This document shows, in pieces, positions 25,490 through 42,770 of a stretch of DNA of 64,000 bases (the stretch's first letter is position 1; each line of letters starts with the position of its first letter). The DNA is from Callorhinchus milii (Eukaryota): assembly GCF_018977255.1 (NCBI RefSeq), contig NW_024704743.1, forward strand, positions 98,210,001 through 98,274,000, given 5' to 3'. The notes beneath the pieces are model-generated. The model was not told where the DNA came from and searched no databases. It saw nothing but the letters and a program-made list of their open reading frames with translations. The position numbers were made by a program, and so were the translations under genes.

Positions 25490-27295
25490 GTCTTCTAATA
25501 TTACTCATCCTCACATTTTGATAACAATAACATCTTGCATTTATATAGCGCTCCTCATGCAGGGTAGCGTCCCATATCACATCGTCAAACTCTTCCCCCC
25601 AACCCACGCTCTGTACTACATTGGAGTATCACCTGGCTTATAAGTTCAAAGTCCCCAAGTGGGGCTTGAAATCACAAGCTTCTGACTCAAAAGCAATTGT
25701 GCTACCACTGCGCCAGGCTGACACCACATCTTGTCTTCTTTACACAATGTTACTATGCCTGTCACTCATTCCTCACATCTCCTAGTAGCTCCAGATGGAA
25801 TTAATGAAAATGTAAAAACTAAATTGATTTTTTGGTACCAACAGAATATTTCCTGCATGCAAGTTATTAAGAGCAAATAAATCATTCAAGTTAATAGCTC
25901 ATAGAAAGTATTTTTTCCTGTGACAATTCACTCAAGACATAATAATAGATCATTTGTTTTGTTCATTCGGATCATTCCAGAATTATTTCAGAATCCAATT
26001 TTAAAGAAACAATTTTAATGCAAATCTAAAATGTTTTTACAGCCTTTTGTGATAACATAAGAATTTGCCATCTTCAAATATGGTCAACACAGTGAGATCA
26101 TTTTATAGCCTTATGATATTTTTTAACATAACTTTATTTTATAAATCTGGGTATAATCCGCTTGCGCATATGTTGTTTGGGGAAACAAAGGATAAGCAGC
26201 AAAAACTGTACATAGCTTTTAGCTGCGCACAAATCTCGATCAGCTTTTTATCTCATTACATCTTGTGTTTGTGAAACATAAATAACTCTAAGTAACTGCA
26301 TCACAGCATTTTGTTGTGCGTCTTCCTGTGCTCTACATCACACAGGCAATTCCAGTTGCGTTTGCCGCATGACAGTCTGTGTGGTCCCTGAAAAAGGCTG
26401 GAGGGAAGGTATAGATCCAATCTGCTGGGTTTGCAGACACTCTTATCTATCACCAAAACTTCTCATATATGAATAAAACAAGGTTATAAGGATGATAAAA
26501 ATCAAGTATAATAGAAAAGAACAAAACAAAAAACAATCCAGCATGTATCTAACTAAGAAGACAGTCTCATTGAAGTGTAATCAACTAAAATGTCAAGCAG
26601 TTTTCATTTTTGTGAAAAATAAGTGCCTATCTGTTATGAACACAGGTTCAGGTTTGTTTGCGCAGCTGTTTCATATCTCGATTGCAAATTAAAATGGCAA
26701 TAGCGAAGAATTGTTACAATCTCATTTGAATGCAAGGCACTAAAATGGTTTGAATTGTTATTAGCAAACCCAGATTCAATTATCTAGGCCATTATTTCAA
26801 AAAGATACTTTTGTGTTCTTAATTTTAAAGATATTTTTTCTATTATCGGAGCTGAAATATTATCGAGAATCAAAGGTGCTAGAGTATTTTGTCACTGAAC
26901 TCACGGAGCCTTTGCTAAAATAGGCATTTACTATTAATTCAGATTCAGGATTATTTTGGATCCCCAAAGATTTAATAAATAGTGGCTGACACACAATCCG
27001 AGAAAGAGATACCTACAAAATACATTAATTACCCAACAGTAAATCCCGTGAAGCGCTTTGAGATATCTTCTTGGCATGAAAAACATCAAATGCAAGGATT
27101 CTTTTGAATTCCTTCTGACTATGTTTAAGTTCTCTTGGATGTTAATAATTCTGGGGTTCCATAAGATAACATATAAAATTAATTAATCTACTTTTAAAAA
27201 ATGTATTCATAATATTTTAGTTGATCAGTTTGGAAGTGCTGAAAAATATTTAGTTTTTTTTGAATTTTTGAATGATTATACAGAGAAGGAAGGAG

Positions 27296-27436
<141 letters not shown>

Positions 27437-28564
27437 GGGTGAAAAATCCAATGTTCAAAACAGATTTCATGCTGATGGAGTGTGTTATAGAATCTGTTAT
27501 CAAACAATGTATTTTTGCACCCCAATAAATGGCAGCTCACAATAAAATCTGAGAAAGGTTCAGCACTTACTGCTCCAGCAACATCATCATTTCAGTTCCA
27601 CTGCAATGCTGGCCACTTTTCCTGCATAAGGAAACCCCCCAATATCAAGCTCTGAAATGCACCCTCTGTTCCCCAAGTCACATTATTATTCCTCAAGCAC
27701 TCTGAGGCCAGATAATGAGACCGAGCCACAACATGCTCGGGAAAACGATCCCGACTAATACTGACTAAGTTTCCGGCATCTTTCACCAAGAAATCATTTC
27801 TGTGCATTCACTCATTCTGTGAAGCGCTTTGAGACATCCTGAAGATGTGATAAGGCACTATATCAAATGCAAGGATTATTATTATGGTTTTAGATTGCGC
27901 CGAGTAACTCTGAAACCTGATGTGTAACTTTCAAGCATGTCCAAAAGCTACTATGTTATTTTAAATTAATACTTTTTTTCCAATTTAGAAACAAACATTC
28001 ACCCAATATGCCCATCCAGCTTTTGTTTTACCCAGAGCTTTTCAAAAACCATAGGTTTACTTTCATCTCCTTGGTTTTCTTTTTTAGGAGCTTCTATATT
28101 CATATTCATCATAAGAGTGCAAGAACACACTCCCTCTACACTCCATTCTCACATATATGCTTGGTTTTCGTAAGGAGAATTACTTCACAAATAATGACTA
28201 TTTTTCAATGACATGACTCAGGAATGAGAAACCATTCATTCATCCCATGCATTAAACATAAGGAATAAATTGTACGTCTTTAAAATAACACTAAGACTTA
28301 ATAAGTACAGAATCTATCATTGCAGGACAATATGTGTCATAGCCTGACATCTAAAAGATTCTGTACAATATATTAATGTTTCTAGTGAAACTAAAAGAAA
28401 AACATGCTGTTATTTTGTATGAAACAGCATGTCACACTGGCACCATACATTGGAGACATTGGTGCTAAGCAGTGGAGCATTATTTGTGCCGCCTCAACCA
28501 ACATTGATGGGTTCCTGATCTCAGTTGTAGAGCTGTGGGGAGGGAGAATGATGGAACATAAAGG

Positions 28565-28803
28565 GAGTTTTTTTTTAACCCAGAGAGTTGTTATGGTCTG
28601 GGATGCATTTCCTAAAAAGGTGGTGGAAGGAGATTCAACAATAGCTTTCAAAAGGGAATTAGATAGGTACTTAAAAAGGAACAATTTGCAGGCCTATGGG
28701 GGAGTGGGACTAATTGGATAGCTCTTTCAAAGAGACATCACAGGCATGATGGGCTAAATGGTCTCCTTCTGTGCTGTAAGGTTCTAGGATTTTATGATTC
28801 TAG
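28565..28803 (+). mobile_element. CR1 LINE 3' fragment
   Basis: FFLTQRVVMVWDAFPKKVVEGDSTIAFKRELDRYL, 3' UTR and an (ATTCTATG)-like tail. Confidence 0.85.
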
Positions 28804-30323
28804 TTGCACCTCTGCCAACTCACACATGCTCAGGTAACCAGCTCACAGCACACTGCCAAGAGTTTAAGAACAATCTATCTCACAAAGGGTCAGATAAAAA
28901 AATATCTTGAATATAGTATGTAAGCTCATAAAAACCCAGAGCATCCTCTCCTCACCAATCTCACTGCTTCTAAATAAAGTTTTATTTTTGATTTAGTTTT
29001 TGGATTAATTAATTTTTTTCTATTAAAATCATCAGATGGAGTCAATTCTATCATTTTAAAGCAGCAATATTATTGTCGATTGCTATTTTGACTGATAAAA
29101 CATAATGATTTCAACCAAAAGTCACCCAGGAGCTTTTTTCAAAAATAAATCTTTGCACCGGTGTTTTAAAAAGGTAGCTCATTGATAATGCAGTGTGTTG
29201 CTGTGCTAACCCGCTGTGCCTTGGCATGGGAGGGAACTAATCTTTACTGGTGACTCTCCACAGCAAATATATAAGTCTAACAGCCTTCTGGGGAAGCCAT
29301 CCAATCCTACTGTCGGGGACTTCTTCAGAATGAGAAAAGAGGGCACTGGATGAACAACAATACAAAAAATTATGTTTATTTTGCGTCTCAAAGTGCTTCA
29401 TACAAATGATTGGGGCCCGAGCTTAGGGATCATTGAGGAGGGATAGTTAACTACTTACCCCTCCCCAGTCAACATCATTCTGAATCACCACCAATTTAGA
29501 GACAGTTACATCACTAAACTCACCATAAACCACAGAAGAAACTAGGGTTAAAATTGTCAACTTCCCAATCGCATTCTATTCCTTAATTAACACCTTTCAG
29601 GAATATTGCAATTTTCATTCCTACATTTGCAAAATATTACTGCTGCATATTAAAAAAAACAGAAGCTATATTTAGACATCAAAATAGCTGCTGTTTTGTG
29701 AAGCACTTTGATACATTCATTCGAAGTGAGAAGCTTGATTTTAGTTCAAGTTGATTTTGGGAGTGACACAGTAATTAAGTACAGTCCAAGATTTTTTATA
29801 CATGTGTCAATTCTACAATAACTTGGTGCAAATCTAGTGTCAAGCTTATAAAGAGCTAATGAGTGACTTGGAAATGTAATTGAAGCAAGAACAATTTTAC
29901 ATTTATGCAGCATGTTTCATATAATGAGGACGTCTCAAAAAGCTTCAAAGAGCCAATTGAGAGTCCAATCCAAGAAAGCTGAGGCGGGGGGCTGGGGGGG
30001 AGTTAACTTTTGAGGTCGATGTTCTGTAAGTTCTTTCAAGAGCTGCAGTAAAAACAGCTTCAAAGTTAAGAATGAATTTAATAATTTGCCGCAATCCAGA
30101 CTTTCTGAAATGCTACATAAAAAGAGTAGACCTAGACCCAGGTGATATTTCTCTTCCAAATCTCTAAATATTGCAGAAGGATGTTGAGCTTTGTTGATTT
30201 CTGAACTTAGATCAACTCGTCCAATAGAATAATATAATAAATAATCCTTGCATTTGATAGCTGCCTTGTCATGTCATCAAGATGTCTCAAATTGCAAAAT
30301 CATTATATTGTGTTATAGATAAA

Positions 30324-30735
30324 GTGACAGCCTGGTATAGTAGTAGTACTCTCCTTTGAGTCAGAAGGTTATGGGTTCACATCGAGACTTCGGATCACAT
30401 AGTCTAAGCTGACGCTCCAATGCTGGGGATGTGTTGCATTGTCGAAGGTGCCGTCCTTCGGATGAGACATTAAACCAAGGTCCCATCTGCTTGTTCAGGT
30501 GGACTTTAAAGATCCCATGGCACTACTAAAAGGAAAAGGGAGTTTCCTAGTTTGGCCAACAAATTGTCCAAATAAAATTGGTCACTCACTCCATGGCTGT
30601 TTGTGGGACACTGTTGCTGTGTGCAAACTGCCTGCTGTGTTTTACCCACAAAATACGTTATAGTATATCATGTGAAGTGCTTTGAGATGTCTCGGCAACA
30701 TGATAAGGTGCTATTCAAATGCAAGGATTATGATT
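30324..30735 (+). mobile_element. Deu-domain SINE, near full length
   Basis: Head, GGTGCCGTCCTTCGGATGAGACATTAAACC...AAAGATCCCATGGCAC block and tail. Confidence 0.8.
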
Positions 30736-31699
30736 AGATATCTTATAGAGTATTCGGTACGTATAGTAGTCAGGTACTTGGTTATCTTATCCCCCGCACA
30801 CCTCCAGCTAAAACAAATTGCCATCATTGAGGAATCAGCAAATTATATAATAACTGTAGCTGTTTTGGGGTGCACAATATGATGTGTGTGCAAGTGGTTT
30901 TGTTTACAGCTTCCAGCCTGCATCAGTAAATAAATTGGAACCGAACCATCTTGGTGAACACTCTTTCGTGTCCCAGCATGAACTGTGAGGTAATTAAAAC
31001 CGTGGTGCAAATGATGCTTTAGCCTTTTCATTTTAAAATGTAATGAACATCATTGGGGATTCCCGAGAGTGTCAGATCAGGCCATACTCAAGCAAACTCC
31101 TCCAGTCACAGCAGATTCGCACAACTTCTGATCGAGCAGTGAGGTTATGAATCCACTTTTTTTATTATTGACACTGTGTGATGTGTAAATGTTAAGTCTG
31201 AGGAAATTAAACAACACGTTTTGCAGCGATGGTCCCTTTGGGGCTGAGGAAGAAGGAGTTGACACCGTTTTACCCACAGACTTCTATTTATAACCTCGAC
31301 ACGAATGAGGAAGATGCTATGATATAAATCTCTTTGCAAATAAATGCACTTTTCATATCAGTTTAAAGAATCAACGGTGGCTCGAAGTGAATGGCTGTTA
31401 AACAGTACTTGGATAATTTAATTGAGCATTTTCTTTCATTGCACATAATTTTGCTCTCAGAGTGGCAATTATGTGCTTGAATGCATTTTCAAATACATTC
31501 AGGGTATTATTTTTCCTTATTGCGATGCTGCCAACAAGATTGCTCGGTGTCAACAGCAGAAAGTCGGCCTCTGAATATATTTGGGAGGCTTTGTGGAGCA
31601 CCGTTGCATAGCGCAGGGATGCAAAGAGGGAGAGGGAAGAAAAGAATGAGAGGAGAGGAGAGGAGAGGAGAGGAGAGGAGGGGGAGAGCATTGGGGGAA

Positions 31700-32700
31700 A
31701 TAGTGTGAGCAAAACCTCCCATCTTTCCAGGCGTCAATCCCGAATCCTCGGGAACCTGACAGCAATCCTCACTGAAACCCAGCGGACAAAAAAAAAAAAA
31801 AAAAAGTTGTGGAATATCGATTCTCTGCGAAAATACCCTGGGAAATAATTCCGGCTAAAGGTGGGAAAAGATCTTGCACCGCACAAACCTGAGCAGGGAA
31901 GGGAGCGGGGGTCTACCACCAGGACCGTGCAAACCCACAACATGAGCATCAGCAAAGGCACCGATCGGATCCCCTTCGACCCGCACAGTGTTGGGAATCC
32001 AACCCGTCCCCAGGGGCTGCTGCTCACCCGTCCCATCCCGTCAGGAGTTCTTGCGGTGACCGCTCTACGCTGAAAAGTGTCCAGGATCCCCGCAGCGAGC
32101 CCACAAATTGGGCGATGCGTGCAAAGGGAAAACTGGTGGTAAGATGGACAGCCGTGGGTTTCAGAGACCGTTAAAAAAATAATAATAACCCAATCTATAA
32201 GCTTTATTACGCCGCCTGCGTTAGCGAGAACCCCCCCCCCAGCTCGACTGGACCACCAAATTGGGAGCGACAAAGTTCCCGACTTTCCACGCCGCTGAAG
32301 AGCTCCCAAGTGTGCAACCCGGTGAATGCGCCTGAACCCTGGGGTGCAACCGGTCAAATGGGCACTGCTCCTGGAAACAGGGAGCCCTGGACACGGCAAA
32401 GCGCAGGCGAAGGCTCTGCTGGAGACACTCCGGGGGGCGCCCTCCCAATAAATGCAAGTTGTTGGCTGTTGCTTGCGTGAATGAAGACTTTTTTTGTTTT
32501 TTCTTGGCCTGACGAAGTTTGGGAGCTCCTCTGTGAGCGAGAGTTGCTGTCCAAGTTTGCTCGGTTCAGCAGCACAGCCCGTGCGGCACCGCCGAGCCAC
32601 AAGATGCAACCTTCTGTGAACGCAAAGCAATCTGCAGGATCTCAATCTGTCACTGTAACCCGCGCCAGTCAACTCGTTGGGTATGAATGACTTGCTGATA
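31700..32700. promoter_or_regulatory. Intronic CpG-rich island, candidate regulatory element
   Basis: About 1 kb of CpG-rich sequence with no recognisable repeat, 3.4-4.4 kb downstream of exon 1. Confidence 0.45.
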
Positions 32701-35299
32701 ATAAGAAGCACAGGCACCTCCCTGTTTCATGCAGCCTTTGGTCGCATATGTTCATCCCACCCACGATAACCTTCAATCCGCTTCTTAAATAGATGCTGTA
32801 TTTCAATAGACATCTCCAGGAGTGCCGGACAGAGGGATGCTTTGCTTTTCTGTCAATCGTTTTCACAGGTCTTCTTTCTTGCTGAGCCCGTCTCGTTATT
32901 TTACCCTCTCGTCAATGTCTCCCCTCCCAAAGAGCAGGAGAAGTGACCAAAAGCAAACGGGCAACGAATGGGAAAGCGATAGATTGAAGGAAAAATAGCT
33001 GGCATATTTAGCATTTTTACCCAGGACACCAGGGTATAAAAAGTTACTCTTCACTTCCTCGGTATAGAAATTAAGAATCTTCTCCCACCCCCAAGTTTTG
33101 TTTTCTCTTGTATAAGCATCATGGCATCTCGCTCTACCCATGTATTAACCCAGTATCTCCTTCAAGTCGACTTCTTATTTTAGTCCTTGGGCTTTTTAAT
33201 TCTGATTACTCTTTCTCCAGGTTCTGTGCCTTCTGAACATCCAGGATGCAAACCATGGTGGCGGGGTTCGTGAAGTTGGAGGAGGATCAATATGTATTGT
33301 GTGGAATCAAATAAAAATGCACCCGAAGGAATTGCTTCTCAGAGAATGTTTTACATTTGTAGCCGATGTGGATCCAGAGGTGGGGCAAAACCAAAACGTT
33401 TCTATTAAAACAAGGAATGCGGACAAGATGTGGAGGGGCTGCGTGAAGTTATACAAGGAACCTAACCGGGGCGCTACAGACTCTCTATTACCATTGACAC
33501 GAAAAATCTTCTTATCATCATCCATCACTGAACAGCCAGTGACCGCATTTGTAAACCACCAAATGATCATATGAACCGAGTGCCTATGTCATACACGTGT
33601 TTATATCCCAACTGTATCCATGCAGCATAGAGCAGGTTGTTGATATCTGGGAGTATCAATTTAAAACAACAGACTTACTTACTTCTTCCTATACCTGAAT
33701 TATGCCCTTGATGCTGAACTGTGACGGGGAGTTAATGACACAATTGATTCATGATCTTGGAATACATAGTGTGCGCGTACATCCAGAAAACACCCTATAA
33801 AGTTCTGCTTATGCTGCATTTGAAGCCCTCAAATAAGGCACAACGTAAGGGCACCTGAACGGAGTCCAGTTCAGCTCAGCCCAGGAAAAGAGCTGCGGTC
33901 ACTGCACTTACAAGGTGAGGTTTGGAGTGGAAACAAGCTCTTTCTCTCGCACAACCTCATCCTATTTTTGCCTGTGGGTGTCTGCCGTTGAGCTCTGTGA
34001 CACTGTGTTGTGATTCGGACTAGAACTTATTGGTTCTGACTTCTTTCTAAGACTCTGCACTTGTTGCCACCAAATTAACTAACCAGGGTTGGACGAAACC
34101 CTGAAAGCCATTAATCAGGAGGGGAGAAAAACAAATAAAGTGACAAAAAGGTCGGTGGGAAACGACAACTTTACAGGTTCGGGGATCAGAAGAGAGCAGT
34201 GGCACAGCTGCACTATTGCGCATCGCAATGTTTTGAGTCCTGCAAAATAGCCTGGATTTCCGTCCTCCTGATAATACTCCAAAACGTTGTGTATAGATAG
34301 ATCAATGCAATTGAAAGTTGTGGAAAAATGGGACCCCAAAGTGTTACATTGCTAGCGGATGCGGGGGTGGGGTGGGTGTGGGGAGGGTGTTATAGTTGTT
34401 CCCATCGGATGTTTCGCCTTAGATCAGGCCAACTCTTGGGAGTCTGGAGAGAGCAAGTCAGGATGTGAGATTTACAAACCTTTTTTTTTAACCTGTCAAC
34501 ACATGATCGATTCGCAGAAGTTAAGACTCGAGGTTCATGTCTAGCAATAAGAAGCTATGATTCATCGCCCCAGGATTACCTCGCTGGCCACCTTTTGCGC
34601 ATTTCAGTGAGATGACATCATTATTATTGGTGATTGCTGTAATTTGGAAAGGAGAGAGAGAGAGAGGGAGGGAGGGAGGGGGGTGGGGGGGGTTGTGAAT
34701 CCATCTGCTGAGTGTCACTTACTGCAGTGCCTTGTTCCAAACACCAATCGTTCTACCGCCTTTGGTGCAGTAAAAACGATGACCTCGCCATCACAAGACA
34801 TGTCCCCTTCTCACTCACAAGCGCTACCAGCACTGCTTGGTTTGAAACATCAAAACATTGGAGGTAGGGAGGGAGGGAGCAGTATTTACCCCCCACCCGT
34901 TCTCTTTTAGGCGTATCAATTGCTGTCAAAAGTTAACCCCCACCCCCTTCCTTCCTATTGCACAAAAAGCACAACATGCATCTGTTGAAAACTATGTGGC
35001 GTACTTCCTTGACCATCTCGCCATTTATTGAGACGTTTGCATTGATTATTTTGCGCGGTCACTTTATCCTTATCGTTCGTTGCATTTACACCCGAGGTAA
35101 AGGCTACGTTTGCTATTACATGGCTTTTGTTTACATCGCCAACTCCCCTCTTAAAGCGCTCTTGGTCCATTGTTAACTATGTGAGAACACCAGACGTGTC
35201 TTCAAGAGGGTAACTAAGGGTTAACATGAACCCCGTTAGCACTTTACAGACACAAGCGAGGTTTATATGTGTTGAGTGGGCACCAGTGTCTTGTGGAGC

Positions 35300-37450
<2,151 letters not shown>

Positions 37451-39112
37451 TCTTAGCACCTTTTCGTTTCAAAATGGATAATATTTCTGAAACAAGAAGT
37501 ATAACACCCACTGCATTCAAACTTGCTACAACACCCACCCATCACCACCCCCCCCCCCCCCCACACACACACACACACACACCCACACACCAATAATCTG
37601 CCTCCATGTCTCACAAACACATGGGTAACCCTGGTCCATATGGGCTTTGGTGTAGATCAGTAGTGAATAATGTTTGGATGCTTCACTGGTGAATACTGGA
37701 CACGGGGTCGTTCTCTTTTAACTTGGATTTTTGTGACTTTTGCATTATTTTGGATTAAAATCTCTCCCTTGTTATCGGCAGATTGATGGTGACAATGTCA
37801 TTGATTTATTTCCCTTTCCAAGTCGGCGGCGAACCATTGATTTGCAGCATTTGCGATGATTCAGCCCCGCAGTATGAATCGTTTCATACGGTGGAAAGTA
37901 TTCCTCCCCATTCCTCCCCAACTTTCAGGATCTTAACCATGCACAAAACGGAGCAACTGGGAAACGGTTCAACCACGAGCTCCCAAAGTGGAGCGGTATA
38001 ATATCCAACATAAATGGCGCAAATTGCAAGCCAGAAAAGTGCGTGTAAGGTCTAAAAGCCCAGTGAATAACACCGCGATCCCAGGAGGTAGGAAAGCTGT
38101 GCAATAATTATTCACAACTCAATACAGAACGACACTGAGCCAATTCATCCCCCGCTTTCATTGCACAGAATTCCCTCTCCCAGTTGCTCTGCTATCCTCT
38201 TGCGCTGCCACTTTCTTTATTGAAGCCGCTCCTTCCCAGTGTGACATTAACAGGACTTTAGTGATTTTAGAAGTGTGATCGCCCCCCACCCCTCCACCCC
38301 CGTGAATTTAATAGTGTTTTCTTTAACATCTTGTTGCCGACCCGCGTTTGGGATGAGGACCACCACGACTCGCAAGGACCGGACTGGTCAATTTCTCTCC
38401 GGGCGCTTCACACGAAACCCGACGCAGGAGTCATCCTGATTCCAGAAGAGCAATTCTTGGCAAACTGAGAAGAGCAGATTAAGGTCTCCGGAGAGATTTG
38501 GACACACGCGTCTGCGTGTAACACGCAAAAAAAAAAGTGGGGGCTGCGGTTTGGGATTGATTTGCTTAACGGGTGTTAAATGAAGCGTAGGAGGGGGGGG
38601 TGTGGGGGGTGGGGGGCGCAGCACAGGGAGGGAGATGTGGCTCCTGGGAAGGCGCTTAGAGGGTGGGACCACCTTGATGTGTGGTTTGATGGCAACGATG
38701 CAGGAAAGAGACATGAGACACCGTCTCTCCTGAACTGTCCGTGGTCCTGAAAGCCGCCAACTGGGCTGAGCTGCGGGGAGGGCTTTCCCTGCCGTGCGTC
38801 ATTCATTGCCTGTTGAAGACATCGCCTTGGGTTCTGGTTGAAATCAGGAGACCCTTTCGGGGGAGTCAGGCATGTTAATGTAGCAAAGTCGTGTCGGCTT
38901 TCAGTCTGCTGAGTCAGCCCCTGGTAAAGCTTTTCAAACACACACACACACACACACACACTCTCTCTCTCTCTCTCTCTCCCTCTCGTTGCTCAGTGAA
39001 AGTTCAGTGAATCTTAAATCGCGTCCTTCTGGGGGAGCGCGAAGCATTTGAAACCCATGTTTAAATGCTGTGCAGCTCCTCTGATCAGTCATTCAGTTCA
39101 AAGCGTGCATTA

Positions 39113-39144
39113 CCACACACACACACACACACCAACACACACAC

Positions 39145-39178
<34 letters not shown>

Positions 39179-39581
39179 CCACACTCACACACACACACAC
39201 TCACACCCACACTCACACCCACACTCACACACACCCACACACACCAACACACACCCACACACACACACACACACTCACACACCCACACCCACACACACAC
39301 CCACACACACCCACACCCACACACCCACACCCACACACCCACACACACACACACACACTCACACCCACACACACACACCCCCACACACACACACACCCAC
39401 ACACACACACACACACACACTCACACCCACACTCACACCCACACTCACACACACCCACACACACCAACACACACACTCACACGCACCCACCCACACACAC
39501 ACACACACTCACACACACCCACACCCACACACACACACCCACACCCACACACACCACACCACACACCCACACCCACACACA
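39113..39581 (+). repeat. Degenerate (CA)n array, ~470 bp, with CACCCA/CACTCA variants
   Basis: Seen directly; it produces the His-Thr and Val-Cys ORFs in the track. Confidence 0.95.
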
Positions 39582-41657
39582 AATGACACTAAAACAATTA
39601 CAACGCTTTACGTTATTATAGAGTGGAACTTGTGTTTGATCCGATCTGCCACGACTTGATCTGAAATCGCTCACTGGCTTTGAACGATTGAAATAAGAGA
39701 ATGAATTGACTTGTGCTTGATACCAGCTCACACACCAACCTGTTCTAATCCCACTCCAACTCGCACCAGTCCCGGCTCCACCCTCACTGCCACTGCCGAG
39801 GGGGAAAAGAATAAAGTGTGTTGAGATTTGTTTTGCAAATTAAAAAAAAAAGGACTTATTATTCCAAACCAAAAATGTTGTTAGAAATTAGACAAGTCCA
39901 CACGCAGACGTGCAATTTATATTTGAAGAATAAAAGAATAAATGCAGAGTGCTGGTCTACATGGGGTGTGTGGGGGGGTCAGTGAATCATTTAATTTGAA
40001 TTCTATGAGTAAGTAACTTCTATGCTCTTCCCTTTTCCTGGAAAACACAGCAGCATACAGTCTGCGATCCCAGTTACCCAAACCCGGAACAGTTAGTCAC
40101 ACCGCGAGTGTTCAGCCTCTGTTGGGTTGCACCGCGTCTCTGCTAATGTGAGTGGCTCTGCAAAACTAATCACTTTACACCTCTCATATCTATTTCTGTC
40201 CGCGGTTTCATGCAGTTCATTGGGGACCTAACAACGCGCAGAACCCGATTGTTGTTGCATTAATAACTGGAAGGTTTTGCAATTAAATGACTGCCGAGGG
40301 TTCTCGCAGGTCATTGTTATGACAGCCATCATTTCAAGCATGGTAAGAGCATTGCTATTTATAGTCCTACAGACTTAATGCATGCTAACGCATTGCACCC
40401 GAGCTCAGGGAAATCTCTCTCACATTTTGTTTCTCCGTGGCATCTTTATTGGGCGAAAACGGGTGTGACATTTGACGATAAATAATACATTTTGTTTTAA
40501 AAGGAGAGTAAAAGTCCCCTGGAATCGGTTTTTAAAGCGATTTGTACTATACCTTCAGCTTAGTCTGTAATCTGGCAAAATGAAAGGTAACTATACAGAT
40601 AGAAATATAGTTGCATAGAATTGTGCGTAATGCAATGTAAGTTTTTTTTTAATTGATGGATAGGGGAGGGGGATAATAACTAGCGCTGGGACCCAGGTAC
40701 CAATAGCACAGTATGGCGTGCTTTGAAAAGTGCCACCCTTTTCACATTGTTTCCAAACACTGGCATCCTAATGCATTCTAACACAGGGTGTGCATCTCGG
40801 TTATTTGCCTACACAAGATCTTCGTAAGCAAAATGATCAACAAGTAAAGAGGGGGCTGGGCTGGGAAGCCATTCACTTGACAAATAAGTGTTCGCACTCA
40901 AAGGAGGACGTTAACTGGAGTCCCCTGTGAGACAGACTGAACCTTTCCGATAATGAGCCAGAATGGCGAGTTGCAGAGGAGATTTGCAGTTAATGTCTCT
41001 TGTTAGTGATAGGACTTTATTCTGCTGTCATGACATTGCATTCCGAACCCTCTTCTTGTACAATCATTAGAAAGGCAGGCAGATTATTTTCCAATGTGGA
41101 GAGCTCCTGTGGTGAAGGTTAGATTTCGGTGTTGCACATTGCTACTCATCATTTGGAACCAACGACTTCATTAGATATTGTAAGTTTTACACGTCGCAGA
41201 GCATCTAAGGGAATCAGCGTGACTCAGTGTCTGTGGCGACTGAAAAACAGGAGATAGGGGATGTAAAGTGTGTGATCATGATTCATTTTACTTAGATTAT
41301 ACAATATTACTCGCCCGACCCACGAGTCAGATCTGGAATACTTTGGCACTTGTTGCGCCAGATTTTCTCCTGGGCTCCACAGACTGGGCTGAGGGGAAGA
41401 CAGCTGTTTTATCATCATAGTTCTGCAGTATCAAAACTGCATCACTTTCATGCCATTGCATAGTCAAGTGATGAATGGACTGAGCGCCAGCGGGTACCAC
41501 TCAAACTCAGTTGATTTCCAAGCCGACTATTTTATGCAATTTTCTCTCAGCTTACTACACCAGCATATACTTTCTAGGGTTGTCTCGCTTGAAGGGCGCT
41601 ATGTAAATCAAATGCAAACTGTTCTTGTACCTTATGTTTTGTGTGTGGTGTGTATGT

Positions 41658-41688
<31 letters not shown>

Positions 41689-42070
41689 GGTGTTGAATAA
41701 CAGTCCAAATGAACATGGTAGAAAACCAAAGTCCCTTCAATTTCCTCTCTATAGAAATAACTGATTCATGCTGGGTACAGTTGCAAATATACCAGCGGTA
41801 TGCACTTTCCAGCTAAGAGGAAAGTCACTAGAGAGAGATCAGACGCCCAGAGCTTGGTTGCTGGTCCTCTCCCCTCTTCGTCTAGGGGTATTGCGCTCAA
41901 TTACAGCACTGGCCACTGGAGAGCTGAAATCAGCTCATCTAACAGAGCGTGGAGTTTGAACCTGTTCTGTTACAGGTCTATATGGCTTAGTTTTTACACT
42001 GGGTTTAAGGGCAACGGGTAATGCCTTTAAACCTGATTTCACAGGTTTAAAAGCATTACCAAGCACACCA

Positions 42071-42260
42071 ATAACATCAATTTGCATTTATATAGCACCA
42101 TTCACGTCAGGAGGATGTCCCAAGGTGCCTTGTCAGTGGAGGGTTTGCACCCGAGCTGGGAGGGATGGGGACCAGGGGAGGATTGGGGTGGGATGATGAC
42201 CAAAGGAGTTGTAAAAGAGGAAGGTCTTGAGACTGACCTTGAAGGAGGTGAGAGGGAAGA
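42071..42260 (-). mobile_element. Short L2 3' fragment
   Basis: Reverse-complement tail plus the FK.SL.T.LF terminal coding remnant. Confidence 0.7.
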
Positions 42261-42770
42261 TGAAGGGACGACTAAGATAGCGCAGTGAGTTGTATTATAG
42301 ATTTCTAACTTATCACTCATTTGAGGCTCCTTCTTCCTACATCTAACCCCCCTATGTCTCGTTTTAATGCAAGGCCACTTGGTAGCTACTGAACTAATAT
42401 CTGTGCTCTGGATTCTGTAATCAGGCAATAGATCTTTTTCATAATCTCTCACACTCATTCATTTCTCTCACTGGTTCTGTGGTTACACACACACTATTGT
42501 GGGCACACCCACACTTTCCTGTGAATCAAATTTTATTTCATTATAATTTTTTCTGGAAGCAACAGGAAAAGCTCCAGGATAAAAGGGTTTTATTATTTTC
42601 CCAATTTACAGGGACTGGGTTTTCCAGAGTCGCGCATTGTCGTGACCAAAGGAATAAAGCGAGCGTCTCAATTTTCAATGCTCTCATTAACAACAATCTT
42701 TTGACCCCCAAAAATACAACAACAACTTGGATTCATATAGCACCCTCCACGCCGGATGGCGTCTCAGAGC

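Noticed and set aside
31734..32717. 327-aa minus-strand ORF
   Set aside because: No recognisable domain, it crosses a homopolymer run, and it is explained by stop-codon scarcity in a GC-rich island.
39048..39731. His/Thr-rich and Val/Cys-rich ORFs
   Set aside because: Translations of the CA array.
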